A DNA stretch of 64,000 nt from assembly GCA_963741955.1 (NCBI GenBank), contig CAVUKB010000001.1:96001-160000 (forward strand). Direction: 5' to 3'. This DNA is from an uncultured Acidobacteriota bacterium. GTDB taxonomy: Bacteria > Acidobacteriota > Thermoanaerobaculia > Gp7-AA8. Below the pieces are notes generated by a model. It was not told the origin of the DNA and did no database searches. It worked only from the letters and a program-made list of their open reading frames with translations. Both the position numbers and the translations under genes were made by a program. Below, in pieces: positions 19,976 through 29,507 of the stretch (within the stretch, counting starts at the first letter, position 1; each line of letters begins with the position of its first letter).

Positions 19976-20051
19976 TGGTGCGCCCTGAGGGACTCGAACC
20001 CCCAACCCTCAGATCCGAAGTCTGATGCTCTATCCATTGAGCTAAGGGCGC
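19976..20051 (-). tRNA. tRNA-Arg (anticodon TCG)
   Basis: Cloverleaf GCGCCCT...AGGGCGC-ACCA; anticodon arm TCAGA-CTTCGGA-TCTGA; GGTTCGAGTCC T-arm. Confidence 0.93.
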
Positions 20052-20269
20052 TCGCGGAGCGTAAGCCACGATAGCACAAACGCGGGGTGGCATCGATTTC
20101 GACCGGTCATCTCCACGAGTCTTCCAGGAGAGTCGTTCCGCTTCAGTCCGGCGCCGCCGTCCAGGGTCGCCGGGGGGGTCGGAAGACGCGCCGTGGGTCG
20201 AGACGAGAGTCACGCGACTGCCGCGAGAATGCGCGCTGCCGCCTCGCGTTTCTTCTCTCGATCGATCCA

Positions 20270-20320
20270 GCGTCGCGGCTCCTGCCGCGACGCCCGCACG
20301 GCAGAAGCCGTGCCGCCCCA
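20270..20320. repeat. REP-like double hairpin (family D)
   Basis: GCGTCGCGGC-TCCT-GCCGCGACGC plus GCACGGC-AGAA-GCCGTGC; similar to 4590-4638. Confidence 0.65.
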
Positions 20321-20777
20321 GCGGCACCACGGGAGATTTCATAGACACTTTCGTCTGCCCTCGCGGTCATAGAGATCGCCTTGCGATATCAACCGTTCAC
20401 GCCTGTCACCGGGACGATCCGAAGCTCATGATCCGAGCCCGCCCACGCGAACGCCATCCACCGTCCCGGTCGCGCCTTCCGGCTGGAACCTGCAGCATCG
20501 TGTATGTGACTATCTCGGAACCGGGCGCACGGAAGAGTGTGAACGGCCTCCTGCACGACTGCGTGCATTACGGGTCCGTGATCCGGACCATTCACGGGTT
20601 TTCGTCGCGCGCTCCGCAGTGGACGTCCCGTGTAATCCGGACAGGGCCGGCCGGTCGTTTGAGCGCGCAGACTCCTGGGGACGGATCGGGCGGCCGGAGC
20701 TCATACACCGCCCCTGATCCAATGGGGGGGGTACCCTCCCGAGGCACTTTCACGTAGACTGTGCGGTGGAGGAAGCC

Positions 20778-21212
20778 ATGGCAAATGACGCAAACCTGAC
20801 CCTCAGTCCCAGTGAGGCCCAATACGTAATCGAAAAAGCACTCAAAGACAAGAAGCTGAAGCAGTCGGATATACGCGAGTATCGCAAGGCGCTCGACACC
20901 GAGATCGCGGATCTCGACCGCCGCCTGAGTGAGCTCCGCAGCATGAAGCGAGGTGGTGCAGCCCCGGCCCCGGCCGCCGCTCCGGCGAGTGCACCGAAGC
21001 CGGCTCGTGGCCGCCGTTCTCGCAAGCGCTCGGCTCGAAAAGCAGGTGGCTCGAACACCGCCGAGCTGGCGAATTCGCGTAAGATCCAGGGGCAGTACCT
21101 CGGATATCTCCGTCAGATCCCGGAGCGGAACCGCAAACGTTTCCAGGCGATGGCGAAGAACGAGAGCCGAGAGACCGCGATCGCAGCAATGAAGAAGACA
21201 CTCGGGAAGTAA
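20778..21212 (+). CDS. Basic hypothetical protein, candidate nucleoid-associated protein
   Basis: GGAGG RBS; coiled-coil N-terminus, Ala/Pro/Arg/Lys linker, small helical C-domain. Confidence 0.75.
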   Translation: MANDANLTLSPSEAQYVIEKALKDKKLKQSDIREYRKALDTEIADLDRRLSELRSMKRGGAAPAPAAAPASAPKPARGRRSRKRSARKAGGSNTAELANSRKIQGQYLGYLRQIPERNRKRFQAMAKNESRETAIAAMKKTLGK

Positions 21213-21297
21213 GTTCCGAATCAACGGAACTCGCTTTTCCGGCTGCGCCGGCACCACCCGGCAATTTCGGACCGAGCGATATCCTGTGCAGTAGCCG

Positions 21298-21331
21298 AAA
21301 GGGGGCGGCGACTTCAGGTCACGCCCCCTTT
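21298..21331. terminator. Intrinsic terminator, possibly bidirectional
   Basis: AAAGGGGGCG...CGCCCCCTTT inverted repeat. Confidence 0.65.
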
Positions 21332-21378
21332 CCGCATTCTTCTTGCACTCTCCTTTCCCGACAGTGAAAGGAGCTTCC

Positions 21379-21951
21379 ATGCCGCAAGGAGAAGAGACGC
21401 ACGGACACGTTCCACCGATGGAATCGAGCGAAGAGGCGAGCTCGAAACAACTCACCTATGCCCGCAGACAGGGCGACACACTCCAGGATGCGATCGACGC
21501 GATGCTGAAGATGGATCGCCACAGCCAGGAGCGACGTGCGGGCGAGTTCCTGGTCAGCTGCGTGGTCGAGGATGCCGAGGGGATGTGGGTTCCCCGAGAC
21601 GACGGAGCACTCGAATGGGAGGAGCCCGACGAGCAGAATCTCCACGTCGAAGTCCTCGTTCGTGATGGTGCGGACCGCCGCTTCATTCCCGGCCTCCGCG
21701 TCACCCTCACCCTCATCGGCCCGGATGGCAACGAGATCGGAACTCACGAGCAGCCGTTTCTCTGGCACCCATGGCTGTTTCATTACGGGCGGAACTGGAA
21801 AGTTCCGGGAGACGGCGAGTACCGCGCCCGCATCCATATCGACGCTCCCTCCTTCGCGCGGCACGACCACAGGAACGGCAAACGCTATGCGCGGCCGGTG
21901 GACGTCGAGCTCGGACCGATCCACGTCGAGACCGGGAGGAAGGCATCGTAG
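21379..21951 (+). CDS. Iron-transport (P19/Tp34-like) domain protein
   Basis: HVEV..RFIPGL and HYGRNW..PGDGEY motifs; AAAGGAG RBS; no signal peptide seen. Confidence 0.7.
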   Translation: MPQGEETHGHVPPMESSEEASSKQLTYARRQGDTLQDAIDAMLKMDRHSQERRAGEFLVSCVVEDAEGMWVPRDDGALEWEEPDEQNLHVEVLVRDGADRRFIPGLRVTLTLIGPDGNEIGTHEQPFLWHPWLFHYGRNWKVPGDGEYRARIHIDAPSFARHDHRNGKRYARPVDVELGPIHVETGRKAS

Positions 21952-22116
21952 ATCGAGGACCTGAGAGACATCTGAGATCGAGGATCGAGGATCTGAAAGA
22001 CATCGAGGATCTGAGATCGAGGATCGAGGATCTGAAAGACATCGAGGATCTGAGATCGAGGATCGAGGATCTGAAAGGCATCGAGGATCTGAAAGGCATT
22101 CGACATCGAGGATCGG
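21951..22116. repeat. GATC-rich tandem repeat (three 39-bp units built from GAGGATC heptamers)
   Basis: TCTGAGATCGAGGATCGAGGATCTGAAAGACATCGAGGA at 21971, 22010 and 22049. Confidence 0.9.
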
Positions 22117-22248
22117 AGGAGTCCCGAGGAGTGAGAGGGGACCTGTTCGGGCGGGACGGCAGTCCGCCCGCGGAGTCTGGTGGAATCTTTCCCCTTTCCG
22201 GACGTTGTAGCCGCCGTCGGCCGGACCGAACGAACGTCTCGCGGATGG

Positions 22249-22276
22249 TCGACAGAGGCGACACGATCTGTATAAT
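22249..22276 (+). promoter_or_regulatory. Probable tRNA-Thr promoter
   Basis: TCGACA-16 nt-TATAAT followed by a GC-rich discriminator. Confidence 0.55.
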
Positions 22277-22312
22277 GTCGCGCGGCTCCGGGCTGGAGCC
22301 GTTACGCAGTCC

Positions 22313-22388
22313 GCCGTTGTAGCTCAGTCGGTAGAGCAGCTGATTCGTAATCAGCAGGTCAGCGGTTCAAGTCCGCTCAACGGCTCCA
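22313..22388 (+). tRNA. tRNA-Thr (anticodon CGT)
   Basis: GCCGTTG...CAACGGC-TCCA; anticodon arm GCTGA-TTCGTAA-TCAGC. Confidence 0.95.
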
Positions 22389-22615
22389 CTACGACATTCT
22401 CCGAGCCACTGGCAACAGTGGCTCGTCTCGTTTCTGATCCCGGCCCACCGCCGGTCCCGCTTCCGGATCCATCGATTCTCCGTGACGCGCCCTTTCCCGT
22501 TGCTTTCCGAGCCTCGATCCCCGAGCCCCGAGCCTCGATCCCCGAGAAATGCGGGCTGGCATTTCCGGCAGAGCTCTCGCATCTTGTCCAGAGGACATCC
22601 TGACGGAGGGAAAGT

Positions 22616-23119
22616 ATGAAAGAGCAGAACGGACGAAGTCTTCTCGCCGATGTCGCGCTCGGCGCGGCTGCCGGCCTGGCGGGAGCGTGGCTGATGAACC
22701 AGACCACCACCGCGATCTACGACCATCAGTCGGAGGAATCGCTCGAAGAAGAACATCGCGTGCGGGGCGGCGAGAGCGCGTACGAAACGGCTGCGGAGAA
22801 GGCGGCCCGTGCATTCGGGCAGGAATTGACGAAGGATCAGAAATCGACCGCAGCGACGGCGATTCACTGGTCGTTGGGACCGGCCGCCGGTGCGATCTAC
22901 GGCGCTCTCCGTCACGCCATGCCTTCACTCGGTGCCGGGTCGGGAATCGCGTACGGGCTCCTCTTCTGGCTCGCGGTGGACGAAGGTGCGAACACCGCGC
23001 TCGGACTCACCCCGCCCCCGCAGAAGTTCCCGTGGCAGGCGCATGCGCGCGGCGTCGCGGGTCACCTCGTGCTCGGCGCGACGATCGAGTCGGCATTCGA
23101 TCTGTTCGACCGGGCCTAG
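22616..23119 (+). CDS. DUF1440-like membrane protein
   Basis: GAAAGLAG, IHWSLG..GAIYG and GHLVLG motifs; GGAGG RBS. Confidence 0.75.
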   Translation: MKEQNGRSLLADVALGAAAGLAGAWLMNQTTTAIYDHQSEESLEEEHRVRGGESAYETAAEKAARAFGQELTKDQKSTAATAIHWSLGPAAGAIYGALRHAMPSLGAGSGIAYGLLFWLAVDEGANTALGLTPPPQKFPWQAHARGVAGHLVLGATIESAFDLFDRA

Positions 23120-23166
23120 GAGTCTGCGCGATAGCAACGTCCGTAGCGAGAAAGCGGAGCAACGAG
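23116..23166. mobile_element. MITE-A partial copy at the stop codon of the DUF1440-like gene
   Basis: CTAGGAGTCTGCGCG terminus; matches the first ~50 bp of the 33700 copy. Confidence 0.8.
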
Positions 23167-23416
23167 CCGTCGCGCTCGGATGAGGCGTTGCCTCTGCCAC
23201 GTGCGTCCTCTCGATCCGCTCCGAACAAGACTCCGGTGGCGGATCAGAGGATCCGCGCTCTCGGCGTGCGCGGGGCGCGACGTCCACGTCGTACGCGATG
23301 AAGAGCGTGCGGTCGCGAGAATGTGGAGCAGTGAGGCCGCACGCGGTAGCGCCCTTGCAAGTACGTCGGTCTGCTGAAGCGGCGCCGCGATCGCCGCCAC
23401 TCTTTATGGAGACTTT

Positions 23417-24664
23417 TTGGAACAGGTTCATCTAGCCCTCGCCGTAACGGGCGCGGTCGTTCTTCTGCTCGGACTCTTCTCGGGAACGGTCCGCAAGCTT
23501 CCGTTCATCACCCGGCCGATCGCCGCATTGGTGGTCGGAGCCGTCCTCGGTCCGGCCGTTACCGGTGTCGTGCAGCCATCACGGTGGACGATGTCGCCCG
23601 AGTCCCTCCTCGAGGAGCTGGCACGGATCACCCTCGGCATCGCGCTGGTCAGCGTGGCGATGCGGCTTCCTCCGGGATACGTCCGACGGCGCTGGCGGTC
23701 CCTACTGACCGTGCTTCTGCTGGTCATGCCGCTGATGTGGGTGAGCACCGGTCTGGTGCTCTGGCTGTTGGGCGGCCTCCCGATCTGGCTCGCACTCCTC
23801 CTTGGGGCCATTCTCACCCCGACCGACCCCGTGGTCGCCGGAACGATCGTCACCGGAGACGTCGCAGAGAAGAATCTTCCGCCGCGACTCCGGCACCTCA
23901 TCACCGCGGAATCGGGAGCGAACGACGGACTCGCTCATCCGCTCGTCTTCGCCAGCATTCTACTGATCGCCCCGGCGAGTCACGGGACGGCCAGTGAATG
24001 GATCGTCGAGTACGTGTTGAAGGATGTCGTCGCGACGATCGCGTTCGGGATCGCCCTCGGGTACGCAGTCGGATGGATCATGACTCACATCGAAGGGGAC
24101 GAGATCAGCATCAAAGGTGCGCCATTCGTCGCATATGCGGTGGCACTGTCGCTCACCGTTCTCGGCGGAGCCGAACTGATGGGGATGAATGGCGTCCTCG
24201 CTGTGTTCGTGGCGGGCGTCGCATTCAATGACAGCGTCAAAGGTTCCCAGCGGACCACCGTCGATGTCGTCGAGCAGGCCGTGAATCAGTTCTTCATTCT
24301 GCCGATCTTCATCTTTCTCGGCTTCGCCGCGCCGTGGCACGAATGGACCAGGATCGGCTGGCGCGCGCCGGCCGTCGCGATCGCGGTGCTCCTCTTTCGT
24401 CGTATCCCCGTTCTCGCTCTCACCGGACGTCTGATCCCGGCGGTGGAAGGAAAGAGGGACCGTCTCTTCGTCGGCTGGTTCGGTCCGGTCGGCATCGCCG
24501 CGGTCTATTACGCCGCGGTCGCGGAACGCCATCTCCAGGACCCGAGAATCTGGCCCTTCGCCAGTCTGGTCATCATCACCTCGATCTTCGCCCACAGCCT
24601 CACCGCAACCCCGTTGACGCGGCGTTACGGCCGGATGACCGAGCACGATCGCACGGAAGAATGA
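23417..24664 (+). CDS. Cation:proton antiporter (CPA1/NhaP-like)
   Basis: TPTDPV, ESGANDG and GWFGPVG motifs; multiple TM helices. Confidence 0.9.
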   Translation: MEQVHLALAVTGAVVLLLGLFSGTVRKLPFITRPIAALVVGAVLGPAVTGVVQPSRWTMSPESLLEELARITLGIALVSVAMRLPPGYVRRRWRSLLTVLLLVMPLMWVSTGLVLWLLGGLPIWLALLLGAILTPTDPVVAGTIVTGDVAEKNLPPRLRHLITAESGANDGLAHPLVFASILLIAPASHGTASEWIVEYVLKDVVATIAFGIALGYAVGWIMTHIEGDEISIKGAPFVAYAVALSLTVLGGAELMGMNGVLAVFVAGVAFNDSVKGSQRTTVDVVEQAVNQFFILPIFIFLGFAAPWHEWTRIGWRAPAVAIAVLLFRRIPVLALTGRLIPAVEGKRDRLFVGWFGPVGIAAVYYAAVAERHLQDPRIWPFASLVIITSIFAHSLTATPLTRRYGRMTEHDRTEE

Positions 24665-24823
24665 GCCTCCGGTTTCGGCCTTGCGTGATGTTGAGGATCC
24701 CGCAACGCCCGCAGAGCACCCACCCCTTGCCGTGGCAACGATCATCTCCTTCTCTTCGAGAGGATCAATTCTTCTGTTGCGGAAGCGATCCAGTGAACTT
24801 TATTTGGCATGTGCCTTCAGTCG

Positions 24824-24844
24824 CAGAATTAAATTCTGTATACT
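24824..24844 (+). promoter_or_regulatory. Putative Lrp/AsnC operator next to a -10 box
   Basis: Palindrome CAGAATT-A-AATTCTG directly followed by TATACT. Confidence 0.6.
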
Positions 24845-24872
24845 GGCCGAAATTCAGAACGAATGAGGTGAG

Positions 24873-25331
24873 ATGATGCAGCTCGACGCCACAGACAGAA
24901 AGATCCTCAAGGCGCTTCAGGACGACGCTCGGATGCAGAATGCCGATCTTGCGCGCTCGCTCGATCTGGCGCCTTCCGCGACGCTGGCGCGGATCAGGAA
25001 GCTCGAGAATGCGAAGGTGCTGCAGGGATACGAAGCGCGGGTCGACCCTGACGTCATCGAGGCGGGGCTCCTCACGTTCGTCTTCATCCGCACCGACGAA
25101 GCTGCCGGAGACACCGCGGCGGCGAAAGCGATGGCAAAGCTTCCCGAAGTGCTCGAGGTCCACCACGTCGCGGGTGACGACGGCTACCTGGTGAAGATTC
25201 GGGTCGCGGACACTGCGGCGCTGGCGAAGCTTCTCCGGGAAAAGCTCGGGAAGATCCGCAACATCCGGAGCATCAAGACCGCCATCGTGCTCGAGACGGT
25301 GAAGGAGTCGGGAAAGATCCCCATCGCCTGA
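24873..25331 (+). CDS. Lrp/AsnC family transcriptional regulator
   Basis: LDATDRKILKALQDDAR HTH; EVHHVAGDDGYL RAM domain. Confidence 0.93.
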   Translation: MMQLDATDRKILKALQDDARMQNADLARSLDLAPSATLARIRKLENAKVLQGYEARVDPDVIEAGLLTFVFIRTDEAAGDTAAAKAMAKLPEVLEVHHVAGDDGYLVKIRVADTAALAKLLREKLGKIRNIRSIKTAIVLETVKESGKIPIA

Positions 25332-25430
25332 GCCTCGATGAACACGCGCGCGTTCAGAGAACCCTTCGACGCGAGTCTCACGAGCGCATCTCATGCCGGT
25401 TTCTGAGCCGTCGTCCGTTCCGACGACGGC

Positions 25431-26582
25431 TCACCGGATCGTTGTCGTTGCGCGATGCCGCTCGGAACCTTCGTGGATCCCTTTCTTCCGGTCCCTCAGG
25501 AATCCGCCGTCACGATCGGAGAAGACGGCCCGGATCTCGGCCACGATGGAGACTGCGATCTCTTCCGGTCCGTCGGCGCCGAGGTCCAGTCCCACCGGCG
25601 CGTGAAGACGCTCGAGAAACGAAGGGGAGGGACGTGCGCCTCTTGTGACCGCCTCTGCCAGAAGCCGCTCGCTCCTTCGTTTCGGACCGAGTATGCCGGT
25701 GTATCCCGGCTCGTGCGAGATGAGCTCACAGAGCGTCGAGACGTCGTCTTCGAACCGGTGAGTCATGACCACGACCGCGGTGCGGCGATCGATCTTCACC
25801 GGCAGCGGTCCATCACCGACCAGCACGACTTCGTCCGCCATCGGGAAACGTTCCGGGCTCGCGAATGCGGGACGCCGGTCGGCCACCACGACTTTCCATC
25901 CCAACGAGATGGCGATGCGGGCCAGAGGCGCCGCGTCGGCGCCTCCCCCGAAGATGACCAGAGCGGGACGCGGCTCGAGCACTTCCAGGAGCACGTCCGC
26001 CGAACCGCCGGTGACATCGAAATGTTCGACGTGCGAACAGCCGACGCACATCCACTCGCGGAGTGCGCTTCGAACGGCTCCGCCGAGCTCCGGCGGCTCG
26101 ATCACTCCCGCCGGGTCGGATCCCTCGCGAAGATGAATCCGTCCCCCCAATGCAGCACACGCCGCTCCGGTCGTGCGGAACACGGTCGCACTCGCGGCCG
26201 GGATGCGGCTGATCAGCGCGTCCTGGAGGAATGCGAGATGGGCCCGCACGTGAGGCGCCGCCGAGTCTTCGAGGAGGATCTCCAGCGATCCGCCGCAGCC
26301 GAGGCCGAGTCCCCAGAGGAGATCGGCGGCGTCGGAGGAGTCGTAGCGGACCACGTGCGGCGTGCCGCTCGCCACGACGCGTTGTGCATGAGCGAGAAGA
26401 TCGCTGTCCATGCAGCCGCCGCTGATCATGCCGTGGAATTCACCGTCGAGCGTGACGAGCATGCGTGCTCCGGGACGACGGTAGCTGGATCCTTCGGTTC
26501 CCACGACAGTCGCGAGAACGAACTTCCGGTTTTCGTTCTCGAGCCGTTGAAACGTGCGCGCGAGAGAGATCAGGTCACTCAT
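25431..26582 (-). CDS. XdhC/CoxI family molybdoenzyme accessory protein
   Basis: GSSYRRPGARM, ISGGC, GLGCGG and APVGLDLGADGPEEIA motifs. Confidence 0.9.
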   Translation of the reverse strand: MSDLISLARTFQRLENENRKFVLATVVGTEGSSYRRPGARMLVTLDGEFHGMISGGCMDSDLLAHAQRVVASGTPHVVRYDSSDAADLLWGLGLGCGGSLEILLEDSAAPHVRAHLAFLQDALISRIPAASATVFRTTGAACAALGGRIHLREGSDPAGVIEPPELGGAVRSALREWMCVGCSHVEHFDVTGGSADVLLEVLEPRPALVIFGGGADAAPLARIAISLGWKVVVADRRPAFASPERFPMADEVVLVGDGPLPVKIDRRTAVVVMTHRFEDDVSTLCELISHEPGYTGILGPKRRSERLLAEAVTRGARPSPSFLERLHAPVGLDLGADGPEEIAVSIVAEIRAVFSDRDGGFLRDRKKGIHEGSERHRATTTIR

Positions 26583-26736
26583 CGGGTCTCCGTCTCGAGG
26601 TCTCCGCGGCGGATGATGCGGCTCGCGGACGGGAGGATCTCGGGCAGAGAAATCATACACCCGGGAGGCGAGAGGCGAGAGAGAGTCGAATCCTCATTCG
26701 GATTCAAGAATCCAATCCTCGCCGCTCGCCGCTCGC

Positions 26737-27548
26737 CCTCGAGCCTCGAGAAAATGGGATCGTTCAATCGCCCCTACGGGGCTCTCCGATCGTGCTCTTC
26801 CGCGATCAATCCCAGGACTGCGTCCTGGGCTATTGTCAGACGCCCCTACGGGGCTCCCCGAGCCTCGAGCCCCGAGCCTCGAGCCTCGAGGAAATGGGAT
26901 CGTTCAATCGCCCCTACGGGGCTCTCCGATCGTGGTCTTCCGCGATCAATCCCAGGACTGCGTCCTGGGCTATTGTCAGACGCCCCTACGGGGCTCCCCG
27001 ACCCCCGATCCCCGATCCCCGAGCCTCGAGCCCCGAGCCTCGAGCCCCGAGCCTCGAGCCTCGAGAAAATGGGATCGTTCAATCGCCCCTACGGGGCTCT
27101 CCGATCGTGGTCTTCCGCGATCAATCCCAGGACTGCGTCCTGGGCTATTGTCAGACGCCCCTACGGGGCTCGCCGACCCCCGAGCCTCGAGCCTCGAGCC
27201 CCGAGCCTCGAGCCCCGAGCCTCGAGCCCCGAGCCTCGAGCCTCGAGCCTCGAGAAAATGGGATCGTTCAATCGCCCCTACGGGGCTCTCCGATGGTGCT
27301 CTTCCGCGATCAATCCCAGGACTGCGTCCTGGGCTATTGTCAGACGCCCCTACGGGGCTCCCCGATCCCCGATCCCCGAGCCTCGAGCCTCGAGCCTCGA
27401 GCCTCGAGCCTCGAGCCTCGAGAAAATGGGATCGTTCAATCGCCCCTACGGGGCTCTCCGATCGTGGTCTTCCGCGATCAATCCCAGGACTGCGTCCTGG
27501 GCTATTGTCAGACGCCCCTACGGGGCTCCCCGACCCCCGATCCCCGAG
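26737..27548. repeat. Array of five 105-bp palindromic units separated by variable heptamer strings
   Basis: Units start at 26751, 26891, 27066, 27255 and 27423; each has two GCCCC-TAC-GGGGC hairpins and one CCCAGGAC-TGC-GTCCTGGG hairpin. Confidence 0.95.
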
Positions 27549-27566
27549 TGATACCATCCCACGGCC

Positions 27567-28409
27567 ATGCGGTACGCTCTGATCCGATTTCTCAACGCCC
27601 GTCCGCTCTGGTGGGGACTGACTCACCGTCCGGGGCAGGACGACCAGCTTCGCTTCACGTCTCCCGCGCTCTGTGCCGACCTCGTCGCGGACGGCGCGGT
27701 CGACCTCGGGTTGATTCCGGCGATCGAGCTCGCCCGGATCCCCGACGTGGTCGCGGTTCCCTCGATCTGCATCGGTTCGAGAACGGAAGTCCGGAGCGTT
27801 CTTCTCGTCTCTCGCGTTCCGTTCGAAGAGATCCGCTCGGTCGCGCTCGATCCGAGCTCGCGAACGTCCGTCGCGCTCACCCGGATCCTTCTCGCGGAGA
27901 AGCTGGGAGAGGAGACCTACCGCACGATCCGTTTTGATCCGAGCGAGCGAGGGCGTCTCCTCGCTCTCGAGGGTCACGATGCGGCGGTGGTCATCGGCGA
28001 CCCGGCGTTGCAGATCTCGCGGGATCCCGGCCCGTCGATCCGTTTTCGCTACGACCTCGTGTCGGAGTGGAACGCGTTGTTCGGTGATCCCTTCGTTTTC
28101 GCCCTCTGGGCGGGGCGCCGCGACTCCCTGGAGCGATTTCTGGCGGAAGAGGTGCATGAACGGCTTCTGGCGAGCCGTGCGTTCGGAATCTCACAGGAAG
28201 AAGTCATCGCGCGCGAAGCGTCGGAGGAGCTCGCTCTTCCGTACGAAGAGCTGCTGGATTACTTCCGCTCCGCTCTGCATTACGAATTCGGCGAAGACGA
28301 GCGCCGCGCGCTTGCGCGTTTTTACGACCTCGCGGCAAAATACGCCCTCATCGAGGGGAGGAAGGAGATCGAATGGCTGTTCGATCCGAAGAAGTCGCAG
28401 ACATCCTGA
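27567..28409 (+). CDS. mqnA: Chorismate dehydratase (futalosine pathway)
   Basis: FLNARPL, VRSV, SRTSVAL, IGDPAL and PFVFALW motifs; next to mqnC. Confidence 0.9.
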   Translation: MRYALIRFLNARPLWWGLTHRPGQDDQLRFTSPALCADLVADGAVDLGLIPAIELARIPDVVAVPSICIGSRTEVRSVLLVSRVPFEEIRSVALDPSSRTSVALTRILLAEKLGEETYRTIRFDPSERGRLLALEGHDAAVVIGDPALQISRDPGPSIRFRYDLVSEWNALFGDPFVFALWAGRRDSLERFLAEEVHERLLASRAFGISQEEVIAREASEELALPYEELLDYFRSALHYEFGEDERRALARFYDLAAKYALIEGRKEIEWLFDPKKSQTS

Positions 28410-29503
28410 ACCGAGCGGTTGCGGGCGAGCGGATCACGGAGCCGGAGGCGGTGACGCTGTTGCGTGACGCCGATCTCCTCGAGCTCGGACAGGCGGCGAA
28501 TGCGATCCGGAATCGCCTCAATGATCCGTCGGTGGTCACTTACATCATCGACCGGAACATCAACTACACGAACGTCTGCGTCTACAAGTGCAAGTTCTGC
28601 GCGTTCTACCGGAAGCCTGGTGACCCGGAAGGGTATCTTCTCTCGAAGGACGAGCTGCGCAGGAAGATTCAGGAGACGGTGGACCTCGGCGGAACGGGAG
28701 TCCTTCTGCAGGGCGGCGTTCACCCCGAACTCCCGCTCGAGTACTACACCGATCTGATGTCGTGGATGCGGGAGGAGTTCCCCGACGTGCACCGGCACGC
28801 CTTCTCGCCTCCGGAGATCCTCTTCATCTCGCGCTTCACCAAACGGCCGCTGCGCGAAGTCATCTCGGCGCTCATCGACGCAGGGCTGCAGTCGATCCCC
28901 GGCGGGGGCGCGGAGATTCTGGTGGACAAGGTCCGCCTCGAGTCGCTGTCGTATCCGAAGGCGTCGACGGAAGGATGGCTCGACGTGATGCGGGTGGGAC
29001 ATGAGCTCGGCCTCCGCACCACCGCGACGATGATGTTCGGAATGGGTGAGACGGTCGAAGACCGCGTCGAGCACCTGCGCCGGATCCGCGATCTTCAGGA
29101 CGAGACGGGCGGGTTCACCGCATTCATCGCCTGGACATTCCAGAACGAGAACACCGAAATGCCCGACATCCCGGAAGAGAGCGGCTATTCCTATCTCCGG
29201 ATGCAGGCGGTGGCGAGGATCTATCTCGACAACGTCCGCTCGATCCAGTCGTCATGGGTGACCCAGGGGACGCGGCTCGGGCAGCTGGCGCTGAAGTTCG
29301 GCGCGAACGACATGGGCTCGATCATGATCGAGGAGAACGTCGTCGCGGCCGCCGGCGCGAAGAACCGCGTGACGACCGAAGAGATGAAGCAGCTGATCCG
29401 CGAAGCGGGCTACGAGCCGGTGCAGCGTCTGACGCTCTACCAGGGCTACGTCGACGAGGCGACCCACGCCCGGGTTCAGCGCGAGGCCGGCGCGGTCGGG
29501 TGA
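28373..29503 (+). CDS. mqnC: Cyclic dehypoxanthine futalosine synthase (radical SAM)
   Basis: NINYTNVCVYKCKFCAF, SIPGGGAEIL and FGANDMGSIMIEENV motifs. Confidence 0.9.
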   Translation: MAVRSEEVADILNRAVAGERITEPEAVTLLRDADLLELGQAANAIRNRLNDPSVVTYIIDRNINYTNVCVYKCKFCAFYRKPGDPEGYLLSKDELRRKIQETVDLGGTGVLLQGGVHPELPLEYYTDLMSWMREEFPDVHRHAFSPPEILFISRFTKRPLREVISALIDAGLQSIPGGGAEILVDKVRLESLSYPKASTEGWLDVMRVGHELGLRTTATMMFGMGETVEDRVEHLRRIRDLQDETGGFTAFIAWTFQNENTEMPDIPEESGYSYLRMQAVARIYLDNVRSIQSSWVTQGTRLGQLALKFGANDMGSIMIEENVVAAAGAKNRVTTEEMKQLIREAGYEPVQRLTLYQGYVDEATHARVQREAGAVG

Positions 29504-29507
29504 GCCC

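Noticed and set aside
21951-22116. oriC-like GATC cluster
   Set aside because: No DnaA boxes or AT-rich unwinding element, and no dnaA/gidA context
19976-22388. Integrated island between the two tRNAs
   Set aside because: No integrase and no duplicated tRNA 3' end seen
26751-27548. CRISPR array
   Set aside because: Repeats are 105 bp, spacers are low-complexity heptamers rather than unique sequence, and there are no cas genes
25455-28157. Long ORFs (698, 490, 393, 249 aa) across the repeat array
   Set aside because: Translations of repeats plus antisense of xdhC-like or mqnA; no start signals
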